A stretch of 63,651 nucleotides of DNA, the filler included, from Vannella sp. (lineage: Eukaryota): assembly GCA_023345925.1 (NCBI GenBank). It is 8 parts of 8 records of this genome, joined end to end, with 100 filler letters (N's around TTAATTAATTAA, not from the genome) between each part and the next. Parts side by side here need not be neighbours in the genome. Positions count along the whole stretch, not along the records: positions 11,206 to 18,868 come from JAJQQN010001140.1; positions 18,969 to 26,205 come from JAJQQN010001221.1; 6 more parts are not named here. One strand, 5' to 3'. The notes under the pieces were generated by a model, which saw only the letters and a program-made list of their open reading frames with translations, did not search any database and had not been told where the DNA came from. Numbering within the stretch: the stretch's first letter is position 1; every line of letters begins with the position of its first letter. Of the stretch, positions 11,206-22,304 are shown in pieces. Made by a program: the position numbers and the translations under genes.

Positions 11206-13881
11206 CTTCCCACTGGAATCGGTGGTCCTTTGGGCTGCTCGTAATCTCCGTCGTCTGAAAGATCCCGAGGAGATCGAGAGAGAGTCAAGCAAGTGGAGGT
11301 TGTTCGTCGCTCAGTTTTACCGAATGGTCGTCGCGAAGCTCCTTACCTCGCCCACAACTACAATTGGGGATCAAATTGAGGTTTGGAACCAAAGTGAATC
11401 CAGTGCATGGGAACAGGTTGGGCGCTATCTATCCCCTCAGCTTTCAGGACTCTTCCAAGAACTTGTTTCTCTTTACCAGTTCCGGCAGGGAGCACTGAAG
11501 GAGCATCCAGAGAACCCCTTTCTCTGCTCTGTCATTCCAGTCCTCTCCCACGCACAGCAGCCTCTGGCCCTGCGCCAAGCTCTATCCATTGTCCCTTCTC
11601 CATCTCAAGCAACTCTCGATGAGTCTTTGTACAAGGTCAGAGGCTCGCCAGTGGTAGCATTTTGGGACTCACTGTGCTTCAGCTGTTCTCAAGTCCTGGG
11701 AAAACAAGCAAACCTGCTCTGGAAGAATGCTTTCGCATTCTGATAGATTCTGGTGCACAGTTTACAGGGACTACTACGGGAGAGGCTTGGGGGGACACTG
11801 TTTTGTTGAAGGCAGTGCGCCAAGGACATCTTATTGGTTGCCAATTGCTTCTACAAGAAGCTCCTTCATTGATGAGTGAAGCTCATCGTCAAACAGGAAA
11901 TTCTGTGTGCCATGAGGCTTGCTTACACCGTCACTTTGCGATTCTCCAAGTCTTGCTCGAAGGTGGAGCATCTGTTAATGAGCGTAATTTGGATAAGGAC
12001 TCTTGTGTCCATAGCTTGTTGCGGGGGCAAATCGGGAGTCTTGCGCTTTCTCGCAGCGCTACAATGGAGACTGAGAGATTCTTGGAACTGCTGTTGACTT
12101 ATGGAGCTTCTCTCGACGACATTAATGCCTTGGGAGAACTTCCTATTCACCTTCCCTCAGCCGGTGCTTCCCAGGTGAACTGGATTCTCCAGCATGTGGA
12201 GGAACAGAAGGGGAATGAAGGGTGCGTTGCAATGCTCAAGGCAAAAAACTCAAACGGCCGGAATGCTATTCAATGTGCTGCCAGTCAAGGAGATCTTGGC
12301 CGAGTTGCTGGTTTATGGGAGCGGTACAAGCAGGCCAATATCTCCATAGATTTAGGAGATATCACTACTCCAACTGGGGAGACTATCCTGCATCTTTGTG
12401 CAAACAGCGAAGAGTTTGCTGGGCTCTGCGAAAACCTCTTGATTGAAGCTAATTGTCCTGTTGATGCTTCTAACCAGAGTGGAGATACTGCCCTTCACTT
12501 TGCTGTGAGAGCTGATAATGTTGAAGCTACTTATGCCCTCTTGGAGAATGGCGCAAATGCTACCCTCAAAAACCAAGCAGGACTTTCTCCTATTTCTGTG
12601 GCACTCCAAAGGACTGCAGTAGGATCAATCTACGCACTTATCGTGAAGAGGAAAAGTGACTTGGTGGATCCTGATTTAATCTCTTCTCGCCATCACGTGA
12701 CTGGAGTCCCTCTCATTCACAGAGCAGTCGAAATTGACCAACTTAACCTCGTTTGGGAGCTCATCTTGCGCGGTCAAGACGTTTCTTTGGCAGTGGAGAG
12801 CGATGGATTTGAGGACGACGGTACTCCCTTGCATTTTGCAGCACGAAGAAGTAACCCCTACATCTCAGACTTACTTCTAGGCTGCCCTAGTATCTCTCTC
12901 AATGCCAAAACCTCCTATGCTGGGAATACGGCTCTTCATCTGGCCTGTGAGGCTGGCTCGGTGGACTGTGTTAAGCTCCTTGTGAGAAGACCCGAAGTTC
13001 TCTTGGATCTTTTGAACAATCGAGGAGAGTCTCCCCTGGAACTTGCACAAGGTGGCGGCCATGACGAGATCGTCCAAATACTCCAAACGCACCAGGAGAG
13101 CAAGAGAGAACTGAAAGACTTAGCAATCCGAAAGCCGACTATCTTAATCTTTGGAGGAGGGTTTGTGGGAAGCCGATTATCTCAACTCCTTTCCTCTTTC
13201 GGATTTACTGTGTATGAGACCCATCGCACTCTCAAGAGTACTTCAGAGCATGCCACTCAAGTGCTCTTTGATCTGGGACAAGAAAATACTTGGGCGAACT
13301 TACCAGCCCAAGTCAACTTTGCGATCATCACTATGGCGATTGATGATACATTACTACTTGAGCGGTTCCAATCTGCATACTTGTCTGTCCAAGTAGAGCA
13401 TGTTATTGCTTACGGGAGTACTTCCCGTTACCTAATCCGCGAGGTTGGAGGAGAAGTGACGGAAGACACTGAATTAGATCTCATCAAAGAGCGCGTTCGC
13501 TGCGAGGAATATCTCCGCTCTCACTCTTGCGCTGTGCTTGTACTAGCAGGAATCTATGGAGAGCAAAGGCAGCCTTTCAACTGGTTTAAAGCCGGCCGAA
13601 TCTCGGATTACCGAAAGTACTTGAACATGATTCACATCGGTGATATTCTTGAGAGCACCATTGCTACTATGCTCCGCTTTGAGGCGTTGAAACTTGGGGG
13701 CCAAAACATTAACGCTTGTGATGGAGATCCCAAGTGGATGGAAGACATTGCCCGTTTCTTTGACTGTCGGGTAGAGCCCATTGCCAACCAGGAGCTCCCC
13801 TCTGATAGCAAAAGAGTCCAAAATACTAAGCTCAAGACTATTCTGCCCAATGGATACACTTTCATTGATCTCCTCAAGTAG
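11206..13881 (+). CDS. Ankyrin-repeat protein fused to a C-terminal atypical SDR/epimerase (YeeZ-like) domain; 5' truncated
   Basis: Many ankyrin motifs (GDTALHFAV, GNTALHLAC, GTPLHFAA), then ILIFGGGFVG, YGSTSRY, LAGIYG, LNMIHIGDI and DSKRVQNTKLK in one ORF. An upstream exon joins via an intron near 11636-11692. Confidence 0.88.
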
Positions 13882-13892
13882 AACTGGCTTTT

Positions 13893-14926
13893 TCAATTGC
13901 GGTGCGGAGAAGCTGACCCTTTAAGCGGGAAATAAATGCCAGAGTGAGTTAGAGTATTGATAGGAAGGAACCAAAGAGCTGGATTCGTCCCAAAGACCTC
14001 TGTCCAGTTGCGATACTTTCCCAAGTCCCAAGGACTGTAACTCTGGTCCAAATGATTCAGTTATCACCCAAATAGCCAGGAAAGTAACTTACATCGATGA
14101 AATCCTTTTCGAGGCACTCAATAGTAGTGAGATTAGAGAAGGTGATCCGATAGTGCATCCTAGTTGACTCATTAGAGAGCAAAAACATCAGCCCTCGTTC
14201 CAGTCTCACCAGATAAATCCCAATAACATCAATCCGAAGACTGCTGCAATGACAGCTGCGGCTAGAACTAAGATCTGCTGATACTGCAGCTCCTTTGGAT
14301 GGTCATGGAAGTTAACTTTGCACCAAATGGGAGCAAAAAGAGAAACTCACAGTCCAATCCCACATCATTATCATCGGGGGTAGCATCATAGTGATTCCAG
14401 TGACACAAAGAATGAACGTGTAAGTGGTAAAGAGCATAAAATACTTGTAATTGTGCCAGCCAACACAGTTATTGACCCAAGGGCAATGGTGATCCATCTT
14501 CAAAACGCAGCGTTTGCAACGGCTGCAATGATGTGATCGATCAGGCTTGTCTCTTTCGCACTTCTGACAGTGACGGAGCCCGTCCTCCTTCCTCTTGCGT
14601 TCGAGGGAGATCTCGGTCAAGGGTGGTTCTTCTTCCGTGGGTACTAGCGAGTCGTTCTCTGTCTGATAGCTCTCTCGAGTCTGATGATGAAAGTCTACAG
14701 GTACAAAGGAGGTAGTGAATACACAGCGCAGGTATGAGACGATCACAAGCGCGAGTAACAGGTGAAAGATGACCAAGTAGATCACTGGCCACACCACAGA
14801 GTACTCAAACAGCGGCAGGCACACACAAGTCACAAACACCCCATCACAATACCCCAGCATCACAAAGACAACGACCACCATCGACCAGTTCACCACAAAC
14901 TCTGCCGGCCTCTCCCACCATGACAT
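13893..14926 (-). CDS. DHHC palmitoyl acyltransferase (multi-exon)
   Basis: [44 protein letters not shown], four TM segments, the TTIE motif and C-terminal [19 protein letters not shown]. Confidence 0.95.
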
Positions 14927-15126
14927 CGCGAAATGCCCACTTAGAAGCTCTTAGGAGGGCCAAGGCTTGTCCAAATAGCTCCATCCTTGACAATCATCTG
15001 CATTGACACGCACCTGGTCGAAGAGGTCACAATCAAAGGTGGGTGAACCCTAAACCCTAACAATAATCTGTTTATCGAAAAGTATCTTCAATCAAGGTTG
15101 AAAACTATTAATGCCAGATGCTTCTT

Positions 15127-17800
15127 TTAGGTGGTCATGCCTTTGGGTCTCCGAGAAGACTTCGAAGGTGCCGACAAGTCCTTTTTGTTCAGAGAGTTCA
15201 ACTCGTTGCTGATTTGGGCTGCTGATGGCCTTTCACTTGGATTAGCTGCCCAACACTGCTCGATTAAAGTTTTTAACTTTGCTGGGAAGGAGGGTGCGAA
15301 AGAGGGCCTTGCGTTATGATTGACGACAGCTGCCTCAATCGCAGCGTTGGACTTGAACTCTGTGAAGAAGCGAGCTTGTGCCACAATCTCCCACATGACC
15401 AAAGCCAAGCTGTAAATGTCTGCTTTCTCTGTGTACTCTTGCCTAGAAAGTGTCTCTGGGGCCATCCATTTGATAGTACCTTGGCCAATGGACATTGTTG
15501 AATCCATCTTCCTCGCCAATCCAAAGTCAGCAAGCTTTGCTGACCACTTGTGAGAAATCAGAACGTTTCCAGGCTTGAGATCGCGGTGAATGATAATTGG
15601 GGATTGAGAATGCAAGTAGCTCAAAGCGCGTGCAATATCTTGGAGGATGCCCAGCTTAATCGTGGAAGTAAGACCTACCAAAGGGTCATAGAGAACATCT
15701 TCCAGAGCTCCACGGATAGCATATTCACAAACAATCGATGGTCGATTATCTTCTGAACCGATGTAACCCCCCATTAGCTGCACAATATTGGGATGGCGGA
15801 GGGAATGTAGGATTGCCATCTCATGATAGAAGTTATCAGCTTCCATTTGGGAAAAGTTATCGTACAATCGCTTGACTGCTACAACAGTTGTCTTATTCCA
15901 AGTACCTCGGTGTACACTGGCAGCAGCCCCTTGGCCAATAAGCTGGCCGATAACAATATCGCTCTCTGCAATACGAATATTACTGGGAATCTGAAGTGAA
16001 GAATACTGCTGCTCCAGGGAGAGAGATTTCTTCTGTTTGAGAGTGTCTTGAATAACTTGATACCAACTGTGGGCAGTCTTGAGGGATCCTAATCCCAGCC
16101 AAAGTGGCCCTCTATCTTGAATCTTCAATAACAATAGCGATGATTTCGCCTTAAACTTGGACGGAAATAGTGGTAACTCTTCTTGCAGGATTTTTTCGTT
16201 CTTTCCACAAGAAGATACCAGAACCTCTTCCACTCTAACAACCGAAACAGTTTGGAGAGGATTTGAGTCAAAGGGAGTTTCAAACACTTGTAGATGGCTG
16301 CTACTAAGGGTGACAAATTGAGCTTCCCAAGCCTTATCTCGTTGATTGTATACCATCATTGTATCCTGTAAAAGGGTACCAGCTTGTCGATTGGCAATTT
16401 TGACGTCGCTCTTGGCATGTACTTGTCGTACTTGAACTTTTAGAGCAACCTGATTGATTTGGTTGAGGAGATTGGAAAACAAAAGAGTCAATAACCCAAT
16501 ATTGGTTTGCTGAAAAGCATCGGATGCTTCAAGATTGGTCACGTACAAGCTTCCCAAATGCCTTTGCTGGCCATACACTGGAAGGCACAGGAGTGACTCA
16601 GGGCTATCATTGTGATAATAGTCAGATCCGACAGCTTGCACCTCCGTTGCATTGCTGAGTATCAGAGCTTTTTCAGAGCATTCACACTCCAACAGAATGT
16701 TTCGAGAGAACAGTTTGCAAGAAGAAAGGGGAACACCTTGCAGTAACGACCAAATCTTATTTTGGTCCAGAGACGCCTCCAAGACCTTTCGATTGGCCAT
16801 CGTTGTGCGGACTAGAAAGAGACTATCAGCTCCACAATAGGCAAGTACTGCTCGCAGTACTTCGCGTGTGATGTCTGTAATGTTAACCATCTTATGGAAT
16901 GCTGAATTACAGCGAGCCAAGAGTGTTTCACTGTCCATCGCCAGAAGTGAGTTGGATTCTGAAACATCTCTTCGAAGCATTTGGACTCTTTTCGGAGCGA
17001 CAGGCTCCACAACATTCAAGTTTGTGCTTGGATCCGAATTCCTCCCTTTCAGTCTCTGGCGGGGCGTACCTGATTGTGGCAAAGAGGAACCTGAACGTGA
17101 TTGATTGCCACGTCCAGGCTGTACTGTAAAGCCAGCTTGAAGTCGGAGAGCCATTTGATCTAATTCTTCCGATCGAGAATTCGGAATCCTTCCTTCATTT
17201 CGGGTTATTGCAGCCCCTAATGGAGAGTGAGACGCGTTGAATCAAAAAACCTCATTGAATACCTTCAGATCGGGTCCGAATGGTCCTTGCATCGGACATG
17301 AACTTCAAAAGCGTTCTTTTTTTCCCCTCTGGAGACTCAAAGGGCTCCTCAATGGGTTCCAACGAACGGATTAGGTGATCTTGAAGCTCTGCTGGACATA
17401 ATCGAACGCTGTGAGCCTGAAACCACTTCTCTAGGGTCTCTCCTATTGCCAGTTCCTCCCCATGGTTGGAATACAGCTCGAGGAGACCTCGTTGAGGGAA
17501 AGGAGACTCAAGGACGATCGCCTTTGAGGCAACCAGCTTCAAGGGCGTCAACTTCGACTCTTTAGAAGCGACCTGACTTACGTTATTGATGCATGAAGCG
17601 AGCTGGCCGAGGTTCAAGGCAGGAAGAGGCTGAGTCCAGCCCACCAACGTGTCGCCCAATGGCACCACGTCAAGCACAAACACCTATTCACACGTGAGCT
17701 AAAGCCCCAACCACCCCAACCCCTTCCTCCCTACCAATTGCTTCCTAATCGAACAGCATTTGCGAACCGAGATCAAACAACGATCCTCCCTCCCCGCCAT
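15127..17800 (-). CDS. GAF-PH-TKL protein kinase
   Basis: Kinase motifs IGQGAAASV, VAVK, HRDLKPGN, ADFG and GTIKWMAPE. GAF: SLLCLPVYGQQRHLGSLYVTN..AF. PH: WEAQFVTLSSSHLQVF..AHSWYQVIQ. Two upstream exons (17252-17683 and an ATG at 17800) are inferred from splice signals. Confidence 0.85.
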
Positions 17801-17963
17801 CGCCTTCAAAAATGAGTTTTCCAAACACCACGCTTTCAAACATTAGCTGCTCATAAAAAGAAGTTTTTCATTGCGTTCCTTGAATGGTCCGTTCACTTCC
17901 TTTTTGAACATTTTTTCAGAGCGTCCATCGCAGCACCTGACGTGGTGTTGGACTCCATTGGAC

Positions 17964-18868
17964 ATGGGGAAGAGTGAAATGAGTGGAGTTGGTCGTTCTG
18001 CGGGAAGGTTGCGGCGAGGGACCAAGGCTGGGGACTCTCCGGTGGTCCCTTCACCACGAGGTGCGCGTTCAAACACAGTCACGGAGATGGCAGCGACCCA
18101 GGCTCCTGAGTCGCAGCGTCGCGCTTTGCAAGGGAGGCGTGGAACAATCATATCTCCAAGAAGCCCTCCTCCGCCACTGGTGGAGACAGTGGAACCAGAG
18201 AACAACTTGGTGTACACCGAAACACAACGTCTTCGCTTCTGTCTTCAGGCTATTGGGCAGCTCAAGATGCAGCTCTCTCGAGAAACCAACAGGGACTCCA
18301 CCGCGCAAAGGTCAGTCCCTCTCCCCTACTGCCCTCTGCTCTCGCTCTCACCAACACGTCCTTACCAGTATGCACAAGTTCATCACTGTCAGTCCAGAGC
18401 CCTTCTGTCCTCAAGAGAGCAAAGAGCGGTCCAACCCGTTCGCCGTTGCTGCTGGACGTCCAAGTGAAGGTGAGCCGCAGAGGTCCAGCAAGAAGCTCTC
18501 TAAGCAAGGATACAGGGAGCAAACTCATCGACAAACACTTGAAAGAGGACGATGCAAAACGTCCAGGCTTCTCGCTTGATTTTCAACATGGCCAGAGGCC
18601 TGTGGTCTTGCTCAGTCCGCCTAACTCAGAGGTCGAGCACTTCTTTTGGGAGAGCATTTTAACTTTCTCAGATCCTGTAGCTGTGCAGGGAACTGCACAA
18701 AGAGCACTCTCTCGCCGAGGACGAAAAGTGATCCTTCGAAGCATCATTGCTGCTCAGAGGGCTGGTTTGCCGGTATCTCCCCTTGCACTTGCTGCTTTGA
18801 AGGATTTGGAAAGGGACTTGGAGATCTCTGAGACTCGCAGTCTCATCGAAAAGCTTTGGATTGAACCA
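17964..18868 (+). CDS. Hypothetical protein, 3' truncated by the contig end
   Basis: Two overlapping ORFs linkable by an intron near 18311-18368, divergent from the kinase gene. No recognised domain. Confidence 0.5.
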
Positions 18869-18968
18869 NNNNNNNNNNNNNNNNNNNNNNNNNNNNNNNN
18901 NNNNNNNNNNNNTTAATTAATTAANNNNNNNNNNNNNNNNNNNNNNNNNNNNNNNNNNNNNNNNNNNN
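18869..18968. other. Artificial contig linker
   Basis: N44-TTAATTAATTAA-N44. Confidence 0.99.
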
Positions 18969-19113
18969 GCGAAAATAAAAAGGAGGAGATGAGCGCGAAG
19001 TCGAAAGTTGAGCGAAAATTTTCGGCTCGAATCACTCCTGTTTAAAAGCCATTTAACACTATCGCACCTGGAGATGTGAAGACAATTTATCGTACATTTT
19101 GCTCTTGTATTGA

Positions 19114-20268
19114 ATGGAGGAGTTTCGGCCTCCCCGCAAGCTCTTGGGTTGGGGTACTTTCGCCTCCATCTTTGCTTCTGAAGACCTGGATGTAGCTATT
19201 AAAGAGGGATCAAAGGTCAAAAGTGTTATGCCAACCAACATCCATGAGTATGAGATACAACAACGCCTTTATCTTTCCTTCTCTCGCCTTGTGGAGAGAG
19301 GTATTGTTCTGTCCCACCCAGTGCCACGCCCTTCGCTCTTCCGTTGTGATGAAAGATCCATAACCTTTGAAATGGAACGCCTGTATCCCTTAACGGGACA
19401 CACCCGCCTCTTTCAACTCCACACAGGACGGGACAACGATGAATGGGAGGAGCCAAAGGTGATGATTGGTCGTCCAGTTGGATTAGAGGATCTCCGAGAG
19501 TTCTTTAGTGAGAATAGGAGATGGAGGTATCTCCCAGTAACTCAGGACAACCCTTTTTCAACCCCTGTGGAGAGAATTCTCCACGACATTGGTTTCATTT
19601 GCGGGGTTCTCCATCACTCTTGCCATGTTGATGGCCACGATTCTGAGTTTGTACTGGTTAAGCGCAGGGAAGACTGTGAAGATACCTGTCGCCTCTACTT
19701 GATCGATTTTGATAAGAACGAGCCAATTGACATTTCTCCATCCCAAGGAAACCCAGTTGCTGCTCAGATTCTCGCTCCCAAGCTCTGGAGTTACGTTCAA
19801 AACCCTTATGTAATGATCCCTGATCCTTTCAATCACCCTACAGAGTTCTTAATGGTCGAAGGAGGCTATCTGAGGGGGCACCAAGAATCTTTGGTCCCTT
19901 TTTCAGATGCACCTTCCCATTCGTTTCTTGCCATCTCAGACATCTTCTTACACCACATTGACTTTTGTCTTGGCCCTTACCGGGACAAATACCTTCGGGA
20001 ACGCTGGGAAGACGAGATCTCTGGCACCTTACGATTTGAGGTTCTTCGATGTTTTGGTGAGCAGAAGATTCCCACTGCTCGCAGCATCTACCAAAAGATA
20101 ACACGCAGCCAAGAAGCTTGCTTGTCACCTTATGAGATCCAGGAGAGCTTGGATTGTGCATTAGCAATTGCTTGGGGAGTGCAGGAATCTGAATTGGCCG
20201 GCTTGATTGCTTCTCAACTCGTCAGCACATCAGAACAGCATCCATTTGACTTTGGTGTATTTGAATAG
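19114..20268 (+). CDS. Atypical kinase-fold protein, DUF3669-like
   Basis: LGWGTFASIF (Gly loop), VAIK, HEYEIQ, MERLYP, GVLHHSCHVDGHDSEFVL and LYLIDFD. The LH..DG.D.EFVL...LIDFD pattern matches DUF3669 as I recall it. Single exon. Confidence 0.65.
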   Translation: MEEFRPPRKLLGWGTFASIFASEDLDVAIKEGSKVKSVMPTNIHEYEIQQRLYLSFSRLVERGIVLSHPVPRPSLFRCDERSITFEMERLYPLTGHTRLFQLHTGRDNDEWEEPKVMIGRPVGLEDLREFFSENRRWRYLPVTQDNPFSTPVERILHDIGFICGVLHHSCHVDGHDSEFVLVKRREDCEDTCRLYLIDFDKNEPIDISPSQGNPVAAQILAPKLWSYVQNPYVMIPDPFNHPTEFLMVEGGYLRGHQESLVPFSDAPSHSFLAISDIFLHHIDFCLGPYRDKYLRERWEDEISGTLRFEVLRCFGEQKIPTARSIYQKITRSQEACLSPYEIQESLDCALAIAWGVQESELAGLIASQLVSTSEQHPFDFGVFE

Positions 20269-20308
20269 AGGGAGTTACGACGTAACTAGTGACGAATCAG
20301 TCTTTTCG

Positions 20309-21205
20309 TTATGAATGAGGTTCCTTGGGAAACTCTTTCTGTTCTAAAGGGATGTCCTGGGACACTTGGCTTTGCTCGTTTCTGATTCTTTCCTTTGCTT
20401 CTTCTAGCAGTGCACTTTGAGCCTTCTGCCGGATCTGCTTCCCAACTTTTTCGAGATTTAGACCAGAGGCAGAGTGGAATGTGTCTGCAAGCTCCTTCCC
20501 CACCCTCAGTGAGGAGCTAAGTACGGTTCCTGCTTGCTTCCCGAAAAGGTGGTGTCCCATTGACTCAACTGCCTCAATGGAAGAGTCCGTTAGCCGTTGC
20601 CGAGAGGAATCGACCGATTCTACACTCTCTTGAAGAACCGCTGCTGTAGCTTTGGCAAGGCCACCGATAGCCCGTATTGTATGAGACGAAGAACCAGCTG
20701 TGCTTCCGTTTGGGAGGGGGAGGACTTGGGCAACAGAGGCACCAAGGACTGCCCCAAGTCCGGTCAGTGTCCCCACAGCGTCACGTACAGTCTGAGAGAG
20801 ACCCTGAGTGTGTCCTATAGCGTAGTGGAGGGAGTCTTCCATCGATTGCGGTACCAGTTTAGTGTCGTCATCTACTAGACGGGGCGCAAAGCCCCGGATG
20901 GTTTCCGCACTTCCTCTAATCGCAGAGGACGCGAGGCCCTCCCCATGTCGCACGGAAGCGTTGAAAGCTTCCCCTCCGGTTTGAATTGCGTGCGAGAGCT
21001 GGTCCACGCCAAAGCCCACGATTGAGTCGATATCAGCGAAAACTCGCCTTTGAGGCGTAGAGGGTTCCTCTGTCTCCCCCTGAACAGGAGAGTTGACTTC
21101 TATGCTTGAATCTAAGAGAGATCCTCCTTTTTGATCGCCATTGCTTGTACACAATCCTCTAAGTAGAACTCGGCCTTGGTGCCCGCAAGCGGCCCTCCGC
21201 AACAT
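20309..21205 (-). CDS. Senescence/spartin-associated domain protein with a mitochondrial-type presequence
   Basis: Arg-rich, acid-free N-terminus MLRRAACGHQGRVLLRGLC. Amphipathic helices end in MGHHLFGKQAG (compare the HKYG..AG motif of senescence domains). Confidence 0.6.
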   Translation of the reverse strand: MLRRAACGHQGRVLLRGLCTSNGDQKGGSLLDSSIEVNSPVQGETEEPSTPQRRVFADIDSIVGFGVDQLSHAIQTGGEAFNASVRHGEGLASSAIRGSAETIRGFAPRLVDDDTKLVPQSMEDSLHYAIGHTQGLSQTVRDAVGTLTGLGAVLGASVAQVLPLPNGSTAGSSSHTIRAIGGLAKATAAVLQESVESVDSSRQRLTDSSIEAVESMGHHLFGKQAGTVLSSSLRVGKELADTFHSASGLNLEKVGKQIRQKAQSALLEEAKERIRNEQSQVSQDIPLEQKEFPKEPHS

Positions 21206-21405
21206 GCCCAGAATAAATGGTGTTCATTGTGTGGACCCCTTATCTGGTTGATCTCACTCTTTCCATTGTACGGGCCCTCCATCTGCTTATCTCCCTTGTC
21301 AAAGCTGTGCAGATGGCGATCGGGAGGCACAGAAAAGGGGAAAGTGTGCGAGAGTGGGCATTAGAGAGACATATATATCGAGGGGCACTTCGAGAAGTGT
21401 TGCCT

Positions 21406-22143
21406 TTAGGGGATGGAAGCGACAAGTCTATCCACCAGATCGTGGAACTCTCGCATGCTTATTCGACCGTCTTTGTCGCCGTCAATGCTGTCAAACTCAA
21501 GCCCGATGGGTGTGCTTCTGAACTTGTAAGGAATCATGGAAGAGAAGAGTTGGAATTCCTCGGGAGACATGTCCAGCTGCCCATCCATGAACTGACATTG
21601 GGCTTGGAGCTGAAGAAGCAAGATCTTCTCTTGATTGCCAGTCACCTCCTTTGACTGATCAAGTAGGGTTGATTGCTTCTTTACACACTCCTTCTGTTCC
21701 TCTAGCGTCTCATTCAACGTTCCAATGACCTTGGTCATGTCCAGATTGTGGTCGCGCGCGTAGTTCTCCAGCGCCAGCTTCACGGCATCAAGCCCCTCCA
21801 GTGTGCCTCTCAAGCTTTCCAACTCTTGGCCAAACTTCTCATTCTCCTGCGCCAAAAGGTCTGAGACATCCTTGAGCTTGTTGTTCTGTGTTTGGAAGTT
21901 CTCAACGTTCTCGGCCAACCGAGTGTTCTCTTCAGTGAACTTCTCTACCTCTGCAGTGAGGGCTATTGTGGACGCCTCCAGTTGGTCTCCTGATGCCTTC
22001 AACCTGCCGTTCTCTCCCTGCAAAGCATCCACGCTCGACTTCAACCGTTTGTTCTCCTCATCAAAGCGATCCAGACGCTCCTGGAACGACTCAGGAGCGA
22101 GCAGGTGAGCTTCTTCGTCTGAAGTGAAGCAACAGAAGCCCAT
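21406..22143 (-). CDS. Coiled-coil plus C-terminal EF-hand protein, paralog A
   Basis: N-terminus MGFCCF, heptad repeats (EENKRLK, EENTRLA) and a canonical EF loop DGDKDGRISMRE. Confidence 0.85.
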   Translation of the reverse strand: MGFCCFTSDEEAHLLAPESFQERLDRFDEENKRLKSSVDALQGENGRLKASGDQLEASTIALTAEVEKFTEENTRLAENVENFQTQNNKLKDVSDLLAQENEKFGQELESLRGTLEGLDAVKLALENYARDHNLDMTKVIGTLNETLEEQKECVKKQSTLLDQSKEVTGNQEKILLLQLQAQCQFMDGQLDMSPEEFQLFSSMIPYKFRSTPIGLEFDSIDGDKDGRISMREFHDLVDRLVASIP

Positions 22144-22304
22144 CACCCTAAAAATGGCAGATATTACAATACAACAAACAAGCTCATTGACCCATTATGA
22201 CACAATAATTTCACAATAATGCCTCTTTTGGCCTTGAATGATCTCGATCTCCATACGGCGGTAACGGAGAGGACCGAGCTGTATTTCTATCTTGTTCTGA
22301 CGTG

